From: Chitinophagaceae bacterium
Lineage (GTDB): Bacteria; Bacteroidota; Bacteroidia; Chitinophagales; Chitinophagaceae
Assembly (NCBI GenBank): GCA_044220945.1
Contig: JBGAQC010000008.1
Coordinates: forward strand, 117,312-181,311
DNA length: 64,000 nt
Direction: 5' to 3'
Both the position numbers and the translations under genes were made by a program. How positions within the stretch are numbered: position 1 is the stretch's first letter; each line of letters starts with the position of its first letter. Under the pieces are notes generated by a model that was given only the letters and a program-made list of their open reading frames with translations, was not told the origin of the DNA and did no database searches. Positions 18,348 through 27,731 of this stretch are shown here, in pieces.

Positions 18348-18450
18348 GTAGTAAACCCCACTTGGAGGCCTGCAAAGGTAAGGAATTGGGGCGAGCCTTC
18401 CCAGTTTGTGGAAAGGGGTGGAAAACAGGGCTTTCCGGCCATTTCGGAAT

Positions 18451-18487
18451 AAAAAAAACCTTCGGATCCTCAACGTCCGAAGGTTTT
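18451..18487 (-). terminator. Intrinsic terminator downstream of the 37-aa sORF
   Basis: AAAACCTTCGGA/TCCGAAGGTTTT stem followed by a U-tract on the minus strand. Confidence 0.8.
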
Positions 18488-18511
18488 GCCTTTAAAGGAT
18501 ACCGGTATGCC

Positions 18512-18625
18512 TTATGCGAATACCATGTAGATGATGGAAACGAATGCAGCAAAACCGAGAACCCAAACCGATAACACCGACCGGGATGCCTTGATATACC
18601 GGGGGTGGTTGGGAGGTAATGTCAT
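18512..18625 (-). CDS. Candidate small membrane protein, 37 aa (MTLPPNHPRYIKASRSVLSVWVLGFAAFVSIIYMVFA)
   Basis: Manual translation; one C-terminal hydrophobic helix, A-rich upstream region, followed directly by a terminator. Confidence 0.55.
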   Translation of the reverse strand: MTLPPNHPRYIKASRSVLSVWVLGFAAFVSIIYMVFA

Positions 18626-18856
18626 AAGAAAACTTGGTTTTGATTGAACTAATCAGTGGCCCTTGTAACGAACAACTTTCGCTGTTGCAGTAAAGAAACA
18701 GAAAAAGAAGCTTATTAAAAACTGACAAATGTCAGATTCAGTAAAAAATGGAACGCTGGATAAGGGTTAATATCTAAGTAGCCAGGGAATCGGTTTCGGG
18801 GGTCTTCAGGGTCTGAAATAAGCACGGAATTCTTCTCAGTATCTCAGGATTATCAA

Positions 18857-18871
18857 GCAAGTAGTATGCCA
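18857..18871 (-). promoter_or_regulatory. Sigma54 (-24/-12) promoter
   Basis: Minus strand TGGCATACTACTTGC = GG-N10-GC, close to the TGGCACGNNNNTTGC consensus. Confidence 0.65.
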
Positions 18872-19004
18872 CAAGATATAGGATATTTTGAATATTTCGA
18901 CCCGATTGTTTAAAAAACCGCAAGCTTTTGGCCAAAAACCTTTAAAAATGATCTGTTAGCCTGGATTTTTTGGACATTCAGTATCTTTCCGCTTAAATAG
19001 ATTT

Positions 19005-19514
19005 ATGTATATAAAGGCTTCTGCTGCAGATCTTGAAGAACTGGTAACCCTAGTAAACAGTGCTTACCGGGGCGAATATTCAAAGAAAGGCTGGACAACT
19101 GAAGCAGACTTACTTGATGGGGTACGGGTAACGCCTGAAACGCTGAACGATCTCCTGCAAAAGCCTGGATCCGTGATCCTATTGGTACGCAACTCCGATG
19201 GGCGTCTGACCGGATGTGTGAACCTGCAACAGAAGGAAGACCGGTTTTATCTCGGAATGCTGACAGTAGAACCAGAAATTCAAGGTGGAGGGATTGGCAA
19301 GTATTTGCTCCAAATGGCTGAGGCTTATACGCTGGAACAGGGCATCCATATTATTGAAATGACCGTAATTTCCCGCCGCTCAGAACTGATTGCCTGGTAC
19401 CAGCGCCACGGGTATCGGGATACAGGTAAAAAAGCCCCCTTCCCCACTGGTGATCCGGCTTTTGGGATTCCGAAAATGCCCCTGGAATTCATTGTCATGG
19501 AAAAACAGGTATAA
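19005..19514 (+). CDS. GNAT family N-acetyltransferase
   Basis: LVNSAYRG, GWTTEADLL, LGMLTVEPEIQGGGIGK and WYQRHGY. Confidence 0.88.
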   Translation: MYIKASAADLEELVTLVNSAYRGEYSKKGWTTEADLLDGVRVTPETLNDLLQKPGSVILLVRNSDGRLTGCVNLQQKEDRFYLGMLTVEPEIQGGGIGKYLLQMAEAYTLEQGIHIIEMTVISRRSELIAWYQRHGYRDTGKKAPFPTGDPAFGIPKMPLEFIVMEKQV

Positions 19515-19591
19515 GTGTAAACGCTTATCATATTTCAAAAATACCGGATATCCGCAGTCTACGATTGCTTACATTTGCGCAAAACCGGAAC

Positions 19592-19849
19592 ATGGACCTG
19601 AAAGCCCTTTTTGAACAAGCCGTAGCCGCCAGCAAAGAATTAGCCGAACGCCCCAGCAACGATACCTTATTGCAATTATATTCCCTGTATAAGCAATCCA
19701 CCGAAGGTGATGTGAATGTAGATCCTCCGGCCAATCCCTTTGATTTTGTATCCCGCGCCAAATTTGATGCCTGGAGTGCCCTCTCCGGAAAATCCAAAGA
19801 GGCGGCCATGCAGGAATACGTGGATCTGATCAATAAACTGAAGAACTGA
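19592..19849 (+). CDS. Acyl-CoA-binding protein (ACBP domain)
   Basis: LLQLYSLYKQSTEGD, AKFDAW and AMQEYV; TACATTTG -7 box upstream; start moved to 19592. Confidence 0.9.
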   Translation: MDLKALFEQAVAASKELAERPSNDTLLQLYSLYKQSTEGDVNVDPPANPFDFVSRAKFDAWSALSGKSKEAAMQEYVDLINKLKN

Positions 19850-19879
19850 TCCTTTCCTGAATTTCCTTACTTTCAGTAC

Positions 19880-20982
19880 ATGCAAATAGCGAGGGAGTTC
19901 CGAAAAAACCTGTTGTTCCTTTTTTCATCCATTGGTATCGCATTTTTAATAGGCGAACTGATCCTGCGTCCTTTTTTTCCAGCAGTACGGCAGGATTCCC
20001 TCTTCCCCCCAGGTCAGCAGTTCCAATTAACACCGGATCCGGACATCTTTCCGGGCATTACCGGTATTTCAAGGTATCAGGTAAATCAATTGGGTTTTCG
20101 GGGCACAGACCCCGCTCCTGCAGCACGGCACATCCTGGTGATCGGTGGCAGCACTGCCGAATGTCTTTACCTGGATCAGGAGGAAACCTGGCCGGCTTTA
20201 CTCGAATCACGGCTCAACAGGGAACAACCGGTATGGATCGGTAATTTCAGCAAATCCGGCCTGCACAGCGGACATCATCTGCAGCAATTGCACTGGTTGC
20301 AACAGGTTCCTGCTTTACAAGATGTGAAACTTGTTTATTGCCTCACCGGCTTCAACGACCTGATCCATTTTCTGGGAAACGATTCCTTATACCTTTCGGC
20401 TTCTGATAACGACTTGTATCGTTTTGCTTTTTCGTTCAAAGGAGATGGTCAGTTACCCTGGTATCGCTGAATAAAGTAAAGGATACCCTGCACCAGCAAG
20501 ACAGTAAAGGTGCCCGCTATGCCTTGTGGCGGCAGTATCGGCTGCAGGATAGCATGAAAAGAGAACAATTGCCTGATCTGTCCGCAGCTTTAGCGCATTA
20601 TGCCCGCAATATTGAAGCAATGATCCGTTATGCGTCAGAACACGGCATAACTATCATATTCATTACCCAGCCCGTTTGCTGGAATGCTCCTGCAGTACTG
20701 GCTGATGAACCCTGGTTCTGGCTGGGAAAGAAAGGGGATTTTGCAGACCCCTCGAAAGGGTATTACTACAACACGGCCGCATTGGCCAATGGGATGTTAC
20801 AGTTTAATGAAGTGTTGCGCACTACGGTTTTACAGCAGAAAGGGTATCTGGCTGACCTTGCAGCCCAATTGCCTAAAAACAGGACCATATTCTATGACGA
20901 CTGCCATTTTACGGAAGCAGGCGCAAAGGCTGTAGCTGCATTCCTCGGCCATTATACAGACTCCCTTCAATTACTCCGTTGA
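19880..20982 (+). pseudogene. SGNH/GDSL hydrolase, split by a frameshift near 20410-20468
   Basis: N-half (19880-20470) has GGSTAECLYLD and GFND; C-half has YDDCHFTEAG. The downstream frame is open from 20410, and one extra base rejoins them into 367 aa. Confidence 0.7.
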
Positions 20983-20986
20983 ACGC

Positions 20987-22504
20987 TCAGCGGTACCTGA
21001 GGTTGTAAGAATGGTCAGGAAGCAAGGGTAATCCGGTGTGAAAATACTGGTTGAATAAAATACGGAATCCATTAACACTGCTGACCGAATCATACCACCC
21101 GGTATAGTCTCTCCGCGAATTATAAACTCCATATAAAATCCGGCAACTTTCAGTATTGAAGTCTGGTTCATTTTCTTCATACTTGTAACCGTGATCACCC
21201 TGCACCAGGATCACCTGTTCACGGTTCTGCTGTTGCTGTAGCTGGATGTACTGGATCAGTCTACGGGCTACAAAAGCTGTATAGGCGACCTGAGGAATAA
21301 AATTACTACGTTCCGACCCATTAGTATTCTTGAAATGTAACCTTCCTTCTGCATCATAGATATAGGGTTCATGCGGAAGGAAAAAATGGATGAGGAAAAA
21401 AGCCGGCTTTGCATCCTTTTTACGGGAGGAAATGGAATCCAGCAGCTTTCCCGACATCGCCTTATACAGGCTGTCTGTTTTCAGGGTACTGATCCGCAGA
21501 TCAGCCGCATCTGCTGCAGCACGATCGCTTTTTAAGAGATTCGGGAACTGCCAGCCGATATCGGCCCAGGTACGGGTGAGAAGGGTCTGGTGATCGACCA
21601 AGGCTGCAGGCAAATGGCTGAATGACAGCATACCCTGTGTAGGATGGTGCTCCAGATCGTAGATGGCAAAATTCTGAATATCATATCCGGTGTTCTCCAG
21701 ATAACGGGTCACATTATTCACATAAAGCGACTTGTTGCCCCTCACGAGGTCGCGCATGGTCACCGTACTCCCCTCATTCAATTCGGGGATATATTGCATG
21801 TCGAGTGTGGAACTGAGTGAATAATGGGTGTAATTGTAATTGCTGCGTGCATTATAGGCAACAAAAAAGCCAGCAGCTTTCAGCATACTGTCGAGCGGAT
21901 CCTTATACCCGAAACTTTTTTGTAAAGCTGCTGCTGCGGGATATTCATCAAATACGATCCAGTAGATATCCGGCTTTTGTTTCACGGAATCAGCAGCTGG
22001 TAATTGCTTCAGCAAAGTATTATTGCGGTCACCGAAATCGGTTTGTGCGGTGTATAGCGGACTGGTCCGGTAAAGCACTCCGGCAGTTTCATAAAAGAGC
22101 AGCACATAGATGAGTAGCCTCGAGAAGCGGGTCAGTTGTACCGGGCTGAACGACCGGCGTTTCAGCAACAGGAAAATGGTGAGCAACAGGATAACGATAA
22201 AGGGAATTGTGAAACTGTATGAAGTGATCCAGTGTTTACCTGCCATGGCTTCAATACCATCTTTTACAGCTCCGAAAAAAAAGTATACTGCTAAAAAACA
22301 GCAGCTGAGAAGAAAAGACCGGGGTCCGTCCCTGAAAAGCAATAAAGAAAGGAGGAATATAAGGGTAGATAGAAGCAGATATTTCCCACCGAGCCATAGC
22401 AGGGCCGAAACCGGGATCAGGCCGGCATTTTCATTCCAGCCATGAAACAGGAAAAAGAGGATAAAACCCGTCAGTGTGAAATACAATACCAGCCTTTCTT
22501 TCAT
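20987..22504 (-). CDS. Membrane-anchored sulfatase/alkaline-phosphatase superfamily protein (LTA-synthase-like)
   Basis: Five N-terminal TM helices, PDIYWIVFDEY, SNYNYTHYSLSS, HFFLPHEPY and LVQGDHG. Confidence 0.75.
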   Translation of the reverse strand: MKERLVLYFTLTGFILFFLFHGWNENAGLIPVSALLWLGGKYLLLSTLIFLLSLLLFRDGPRSFLLSCCFLAVYFFFGAVKDGIEAMAGKHWITSYSFTIPFIVILLLTIFLLLKRRSFSPVQLTRFSRLLIYVLLFYETAGVLYRTSPLYTAQTDFGDRNNTLLKQLPAADSVKQKPDIYWIVFDEYPAAAALQKSFGYKDPLDSMLKAAGFFVAYNARSNYNYTHYSLSSTLDMQYIPELNEGSTVTMRDLVRGNKSLYVNNVTRYLENTGYDIQNFAIYDLEHHPTQGMLSFSHLPAALVDHQTLLTRTWADIGWQFPNLLKSDRAAADAADLRISTLKTDSLYKAMSGKLLDSISSRKKDAKPAFFLIHFFLPHEPYIYDAEGRLHFKNTNGSERSNFIPQVAYTAFVARRLIQYIQLQQQQNREQVILVQGDHGYKYEENEPDFNTESCRILYGVYNSRRDYTGWYDSVSSVNGFRILFNQYFHTGLPLLPDHSYNLRYR

Positions 22505-22538
22505 GCAGTCGTAAAGATAATCTGCCTGCCGGCAATGG

Positions 22539-23723
22539 TCAAATCGGATTGGAGCTGTTGCCAAACCGCTGGTAGTATTCCAGCAACTGCCGGCCTACAG
22601 CCGGAAAGGAATACCTGAGGGTTTGTGCCTGGATCTGCACCGGATCAAAAGCGCCCTGCTTCTCCTGGAAGCCGATTATGGCGCGGGCCAGGGATTCCGC
22701 ATCTGCAAGGGGGGCTACAAAAGTGCCGGTGACCCCTTCTGTTACGATCTCGTGCATCAATGCTGTTTCAGCCACCAGTACCGGAATTCCGCAGGCCATT
22801 GCTTCTATCAGCACACAGCCGAAGGTTTCATAACGCGAATACAGGATCAGCAGATTGCTGCGCTGTATGAACCGTACCAGGATGGAATGGGGTACTTCTC
22901 CATGAAAAAAGACATGGTCATCCAGTTCATATCGTTGTGCCAACGCCACCACTTCCGGAACTTCCGGTCCGAGAATATCCAGCCGGAAGCGGAGGCCCTG
23001 CAGTTTTAACAGCTGCATGGCTTTGAGGAGCGACTGGGGATCTTTCTGGTAATTCAGGTTGGAGATATGGATCAGCCGGAGCCCCGGTTCTTTTGCTTCC
23101 TGTTGCGGTTGGAAAACAGCATGATCCACTACATTCGGAACAATATGGTATTCTTGTCCGGGCCAATACTGTTTCATGGCATTGGCCAGGTAAGCCGATA
23201 CCGGCAGTATGGCTTTGGCATTCCGGATGATCCTGTTGAAATAACGCTTTTCAAAAAACGAGCGCTGTGCATAATTATCCTGTGCCTCGGGGAGGTATCC
23301 GGTCCACTGCTCCGTGACCAGGTAAGGGATCTGATGCTTTGCATATAATTCAGCAGCCATCAACCCGGCTTTATAGGCAATATGCACATGGCTGAGCATC
23401 GGTTTTCCCCTTTTCTCAAAGACCTGGCGGCACACCTGCCGGTACAGCTCCCGGTACCGCAGGAAGGAGATCCATTTTTCATATCCGGGAACAGGGCTGT
23501 GTGGAACAAAGTAGTATACAATTGTTTCTGTCAGATTTCCTTCTTTCCGTTCTTCAATATGCAAGGTCCGGGTAACCGCACCGGAAGCATCCCGGATCAC
23601 ATGGATGACATGAACCGGAATAAAGAGGGCGGCAGCCCGGGCATGACGCTGGATAAAGTCACCGTCGAACGGTGTCAGCTGGTTGGGATACCAGGATGGC
23701 AGCCAGAGTACATAATCGTGCAT
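22539..23723 (-). CDS. Glycosyltransferase family 4
   Basis: LPSWYP, GDFIQRHA, HISNLNYQKD and SRYETFGCVLIEAMACG. Confidence 0.88.
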   Translation of the reverse strand: MHDYVLWLPSWYPNQLTPFDGDFIQRHARAAALFIPVHVIHVIRDASGAVTRTLHIEERKEGNLTETIVYYFVPHSPVPGYEKWISFLRYRELYRQVCRQVFEKRGKPMLSHVHIAYKAGLMAAELYAKHQIPYLVTEQWTGYLPEAQDNYAQRSFFEKRYFNRIIRNAKAILPVSAYLANAMKQYWPGQEYHIVPNVVDHAVFQPQQEAKEPGLRLIHISNLNYQKDPQSLLKAMQLLKLQGLRFRLDILGPEVPEVVALAQRYELDDHVFFHGEVPHSILVRFIQRSNLLILYSRYETFGCVLIEAMACGIPVLVAETALMHEIVTEGVTGTFVAPLADAESLARAIIGFQEKQGAFDPVQIQAQTLRYSFPAVGRQLLEYYQRFGNSSNPI

Positions 23724-23877
23724 GCAGGAAAGCAGGTTTAATGCCGCATGCAATGTTAGACTATAATCGCAGAATAACCATATGCGCTATACCTAAAAGT
23801 GCAGGCCCGGTGGCAGTACGGACAGGAATAATTATCTTGTGTTGTGCCTGGAGGCAGGCACAGTTAAATCGATTACT

Positions 23878-24870
23878 ATGGCAATTCTGAAGCGGATCAA
23901 TTCCCGGGCAAGGACCGACGAGAATACCGGATTTGGTGTAAACAGCGCCATGTATGGCGACAGGCTGGTACGGAAAGACGGCCGTCAGAATATCCGGAGA
24001 CGGGGATTGGCCTTTTTTGAGCGGCTGAGCTGGTATCATACCATGCTCGATCTTCCCCGTACCCATTTCCTGGGTTTCATTTTTGGTTTCTTCCTGCTGA
24101 TCAACCTGGTCTTCGCCTGTATTTACTATTTCGTGGGTGTGGAACACCTTGGTGGCATGGAGGCGCACAGTAAAACGGAGCAATTCATTGAAGCTTATTT
24201 TTTCAGTGCGCAAACATTTACTACAGTGGGATATGGCCGCATCAACCCAACCGGCTACCTGACCAGTTTTATCGCTGCATTTGAAGCTTTTACCGGCCTC
24301 TTGTTTTTTGCACTGGCAACCGGCCTCTTCTATGCCCGGTTTTCCCAGCCCAAAGCCTATATCCGGTTTTCCGAGAAAGCGATCATAGCGCCCTTCAGGG
24401 AAGCAACTGCTTTCATGTTCCGGCTGGTGCCTTTCAAGAATACATTCCTGACAGATGCTGAAATCAAACTGACGCTTGGGATTACCGTTGAAGAAAACGG
24501 AAAACAAGTCAAGAAATTTTTCCCATTACCCCTGCAGATCGACAAGATCAACACGCTCAACCTGAGCTGGACCATAGTTCATCCGATCGATGAAAAAAGC
24601 CCGATCTATAATTTCAGCAAGGAAGACCTGTTGAATGCACATGCGGAGATCATGATCTTCATGAAATCATTCGACGAAACCTACTCCAATACAGTTGTAA
24701 CAAGAACCTCCTATGTTGCGGCAGAAGTGGAATACGGCAAGAAATTCCTGCCCATGTACCATCGGGAAACGGATGGTTCGGTTACGGTTCTGGATCTGGA
24801 AAAACTGAATCTTACAGAAGATGCACCACTTCCGGCTATTCAGGCTCAATCCCAGAACTTGACCGGATAG
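23878..24870 (+). CDS. Inward-rectifier potassium channel (KirBac-like)
   Basis: Two TM helices, FFSAQTFTTVGYG selectivity filter, ARFS and SWTIVHPIDEKSP in the Kir cytoplasmic domain. Confidence 0.88.
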   Translation: MAILKRINSRARTDENTGFGVNSAMYGDRLVRKDGRQNIRRRGLAFFERLSWYHTMLDLPRTHFLGFIFGFFLLINLVFACIYYFVGVEHLGGMEAHSKTEQFIEAYFFSAQTFTTVGYGRINPTGYLTSFIAAFEAFTGLLFFALATGLFYARFSQPKAYIRFSEKAIIAPFREATAFMFRLVPFKNTFLTDAEIKLTLGITVEENGKQVKKFFPLPLQIDKINTLNLSWTIVHPIDEKSPIYNFSKEDLLNAHAEIMIFMKSFDETYSNTVVTRTSYVAAEVEYGKKFLPMYHRETDGSVTVLDLEKLNLTEDAPLPAIQAQSQNLTG

Positions 24871-25313
24871 TCCATACAGTTCCTGGGACTTTCCGTGAGT
24901 TGATTGCCGATCTGTTGTAATTCAGCGGCAGATAAAACTTTCTCCGCTTCGGGGAAATAGACCCGTTCTTCAAAGCGGATATGCTGTTCCAGCAGTTCCG
25001 AAAAATAGTTGATCTCAATTTCGTTCAAAGCCCCCTCCCCGGCCTTGGAGACCAGTTCGCGTATAGTGGCATGATCCTGCAGGATCCGGGCAGTGAGTTG
25101 CGCGTTAAAAGGCTTTCCCGCCAGCATCGGCAGTAGTACTTCTTCTTCCTGCTGGAAATGGCTGGCCAGATCTGCCTGCCATTCATCCCGGATGAACTGT
25201 TGCATGATGGCCGGATCAGCGTTTTTTTTCAGGCCTTTCTGAAGCAGCAGCACCATCATGAGTCCCTGATGGTGCTGCCGCGATAAAGGCTGCAGGTTGG
25301 TATCCCGTTTCAT
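24846..25313 (-). CDS. Hemerythrin-domain protein
   Basis: LSRQHHQGL, HFQQEEE, DHATI and HIRFEER. Confidence 0.8.
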   Translation of the reverse strand: MKRDTNLQPLSRQHHQGLMMVLLLQKGLKKNADPAIMQQFIRDEWQADLASHFQQEEEVLLPMLAGKPFNAQLTARILQDHATIRELVSKAGEGALNEIEINYFSELLEQHIRFEERVYFPEAEKVLSAAELQQIGNQLTESPRNCMDYPVKFWD

Positions 25314-26074
25314 TATTTGAGGCTCTTCATGATGGTGCAGAATTCAGCAGCTACCAGAGAGGCGCCACCTACCAGTCCACCGTCCACATCAGGCTGGGCA
25401 AACAATTCCGCTGCATTGGATCCTTTTACGCTTCCGCCATAGAGGATCGAAACTTCATCAGCAGTTGCTTGACCATATTTGCCGGCCAGTACGCTGCGGA
25501 TATGGGCATGCATTTCCTGCGCCTGTGCCGAACTGGCTGTTTTGCCGGTTCCGATTGCCCAGATCGGCTCATAGGCAATTACAGTCTGCTTCAGGGCATC
25601 GGCACTGAGGTGGAACAGGGAATCTTCCAGTTGTTTCTGAACGTAGGCATTCTGCAGGCCTTCTTCGCGGATGGGAAGTGGTTCGCCACAGCAGAATACG
25701 GGAGTGATACCGGTTTCGAGGCAAAGGCTGACTTTCTCGGCCAGCTGGGCATTGGTTTCAGCAAAGTATTCGCGGCGCTCACTGTGTCCGATCACACACC
25801 AGCTGATACCGATGGAACGCAGCATGTCTACCGAAACTTCACCGGTATAAGCTCCGGCTTTTTTCTGATAGCAATTCTGTGCGGCTACGGCATAGCCTTC
25901 TTTCTGGCCAATGGCTCCGGCACTGGGAATAAGAAAAGGATAAGGCACGGCAAAAACAGTCTGCCGGTTCCCTCCCATGGTGATGTTTTCAGCCAGAATG
26001 GCTTTCAGTAATTCCTGTCCGGATTCCAGTGTACCGTTCATTTTCCAGTTTGCGGCTGCAATTTGTTTTCTCAT
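25313..26074 (-). CDS. tpiA: Triosephosphate isomerase
   Basis: AANWKMN, GHSERR, AYEPIWAIGTG, LYGGSVK and DGGLVGGASL. Confidence 0.97.
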   Translation of the reverse strand: MRKQIAAANWKMNGTLESGQELLKAILAENITMGGNRQTVFAVPYPFLIPSAGAIGQKEGYAVAAQNCYQKKAGAYTGEVSVDMLRSIGISWCVIGHSERREYFAETNAQLAEKVSLCLETGITPVFCCGEPLPIREEGLQNAYVQKQLEDSLFHLSADALKQTVIAYEPIWAIGTGKTASSAQAQEMHAHIRSVLAGKYGQATADEVSILYGGSVKGSNAAELFAQPDVDGGLVGGASLVAAEFCTIMKSLK

Positions 26075-26095
26075 GATTGTTTTGCTTGTTATGAT

Positions 26096-27157
26096 TTAGC
26101 CCCAGCGCTTTTTATAAAGGGCTGAGAGTTTGTTGATTTCCGGTTCGAGAAGTGCCTGTTTTTTCAGGGCCTTCCAGTTGGCGATATCCCGAAGGGCATT
26201 ATCCCAGCGGTATTGTTGCGGATGTTCACCCATCCAGGTAAAATCAGGAATAAATTTCGGCGTAAGCGGGGCACAGAAAATGTTGGAACTAACCCCAACT
26301 ACAGTACCAGTATTGAATGAAGTGTTGATGGCAGTCCTTGAATAATCTCCCATCAGCAGTCCGCATTTCATGCCGGCTTCCTGATAATCATGGGTTGCAG
26401 CCGACCATACTTTTACTGGACTGGCTGTATTACGCACATTGGAAACCGAGGTGCCTGCTCCCAGGTTACACCATTCACCGATCACCGAATCACCCAGATA
26501 GCCTTCATGGCCTTTGTTGGAATGGCCGAAAAGGATGGAATTCTTGATCTCCCCTCCCACCACACAACCGGGGCCGATGGTCGTGGCTCCATAAATACAG
26601 GCCCCCATCTTCACAACACTGCCTTCACAGAGGGCAAATGGGCCGCGGATATGGGCACCTTCCATGATCTCTGTATTCTTGCCGATATAAATGGGGCCGG
26701 TGGTGGCATTAAGCGTGCAATGACTGAGTACCGCCCCTTTTTCAACAAAGATCTGGGCTGCCCCGGTTACCTGAACCGATTCCGGAAGCGGTTGGCTCAC
26801 CCGTTTACGGGTCAGTATTTCAAAATCCTGACGCAGGGCCCAGTCATTGAGCCGGAAAATGTCCCAGGGATGTTCCAGGGTCTGCGCAGGTTGTAGTGGT
26901 TCACCGGCATTCAGGCTTTTGATCGTTTCCGGAGCCGGTATCCAGTTACCGGGTATTGAAATGATTCTGGAGGAAGGTCGTACCGCAAGCACAGCAGCTC
27001 CGCCCGCGTCATCCGGATTGAGCATAACCCCGAGCAGGTATTCCCATTTTTCGCGGATGGTAAGGATACCGATGCGGATATCCCAACACGGCCTGGTGGC
27101 GGTAAAGGGGTATAATGCATTCTGAAGCGTTTCGCTATCGGGTATCAGGTAGATCAC
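26096..27157 (-). CDS. GlmU-related putative sugar nucleotidyltransferase / hexapeptide acyltransferase
   Basis: LYPFTATRP..IRIGILTIREKW N-terminus, hexapeptide repeats, HEGYLGDSVIGEWCNLGAGT. Confidence 0.8.
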   Translation of the reverse strand: MIYLIPDSETLQNALYPFTATRPCWDIRIGILTIREKWEYLLGVMLNPDDAGGAAVLAVRPSSRIISIPGNWIPAPETIKSLNAGEPLQPAQTLEHPWDIFRLNDWALRQDFEILTRKRVSQPLPESVQVTGAAQIFVEKGAVLSHCTLNATTGPIYIGKNTEIMEGAHIRGPFALCEGSVVKMGACIYGATTIGPGCVVGGEIKNSILFGHSNKGHEGYLGDSVIGEWCNLGAGTSVSNVRNTASPVKVWSAATHDYQEAGMKCGLLMGDYSRTAINTSFNTGTVVGVSSNIFCAPLTPKFIPDFTWMGEHPQQYRWDNALRDIANWKALKKQALLEPEINKLSALYKKRWG

Positions 27158-27211
27158 GAAATAAAACTACATTTTCCTGTTCAAAGCGGAGTTGTCCGCA
27201 GGAGAAAAAAT

Positions 27212-27239
27212 AAAAAACCCTTTCCGGTACCGGAAAGGG
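27212..27239 (-). terminator. rpmE2 terminator (perfect 22-bp palindrome)
   Basis: CCCTTTCCGGTACCGGAAAGGG at 27218-27239 plus a U-tract on the minus strand. Confidence 0.8.
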
Positions 27240-27280
27240 CGACTATCATGAAGCGGGAAAAAAGGTGCGCATAAACACAC

Positions 27281-27532
27281 TTATTTCTTCTTTTCGTAGC
27301 GCTTTTTGAATTTGTCGATACGACCAGCTGTATCCACGAGTACTTTCTGACCGGTAAAGAAGGGGTGAGAAGTACTGGAGATCTCCAGCTTGATCAGGGG
27401 ATATTCATTGCCGTCTTCGAACTTGATGGTTTCTTTGGAAGGGGCAGTGGAGCGGCTCAGGAAGGTAACGCCGTTACTCATATCCTTAAATACCACGAAA
27501 CGGTAACCGTCGGGATGGATTCCTTTTTTCAT
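27281..27532 (-). CDS. rpmE2: 50S ribosomal protein L31 type B (no Zn-binding Cys)
   Basis: [19 protein letters not shown] and DTAGRIDKF; 83 aa. Confidence 0.95.
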   Translation of the reverse strand: MKKGIHPDGYRFVVFKDMSNGVTFLSRSTAPSKETIKFEDGNEYPLIKLEISSTSHPFFTGQKVLVDTAGRIDKFKKRYEKKK

Positions 27533-27631
27533 AACTCATTGATTTAAAAGGTCACACGGATTTTGCCGTATGAGTGATAAAATAGTTTGGAGGCGCAAAA
27601 TTAGGCAAAAATCACTGAAAACCAAAAACAT

Positions 27632-27730
27632 TTACCAATTACCAATGCCCAATTTCCGATGACCAACTACCCTTTTCCCGGTTTTTATCTTCTGGCTACA
27701 GACTACTGGCTACTGGCTACTGACTACTGC
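27632..27730 (-). repeat. Two heptamer arrays downstream of yajQ: TTGGTMA-like x5 (27632-27666) and CAGTAGY-like x5-6 (27692-27730)
   Basis: Plus strand TTACCAA TTACCAA TGCCCAA TTTCCGA TGACCAA and CTGGCTA CAGACTA CTGGCTA CTGGCTA CTGACTA CTGC. Confidence 0.85.
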
Positions 27731-27731
27731 A

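Noticed and set aside
18348-18473. 42-aa N-terminal extension of LepA in the ORF track
   Set aside because: LepA homology starts at MKKIRNF (18347); the extension runs through the promoter and terminator region.
18492-18728. 78-aa minus-strand ORF (TTG start) in the ORF track
   Set aside because: No coherent features. The overlapping 37-aa ORF in another frame has an ATG, A-rich upstream region, TM helix and adjacent terminator.
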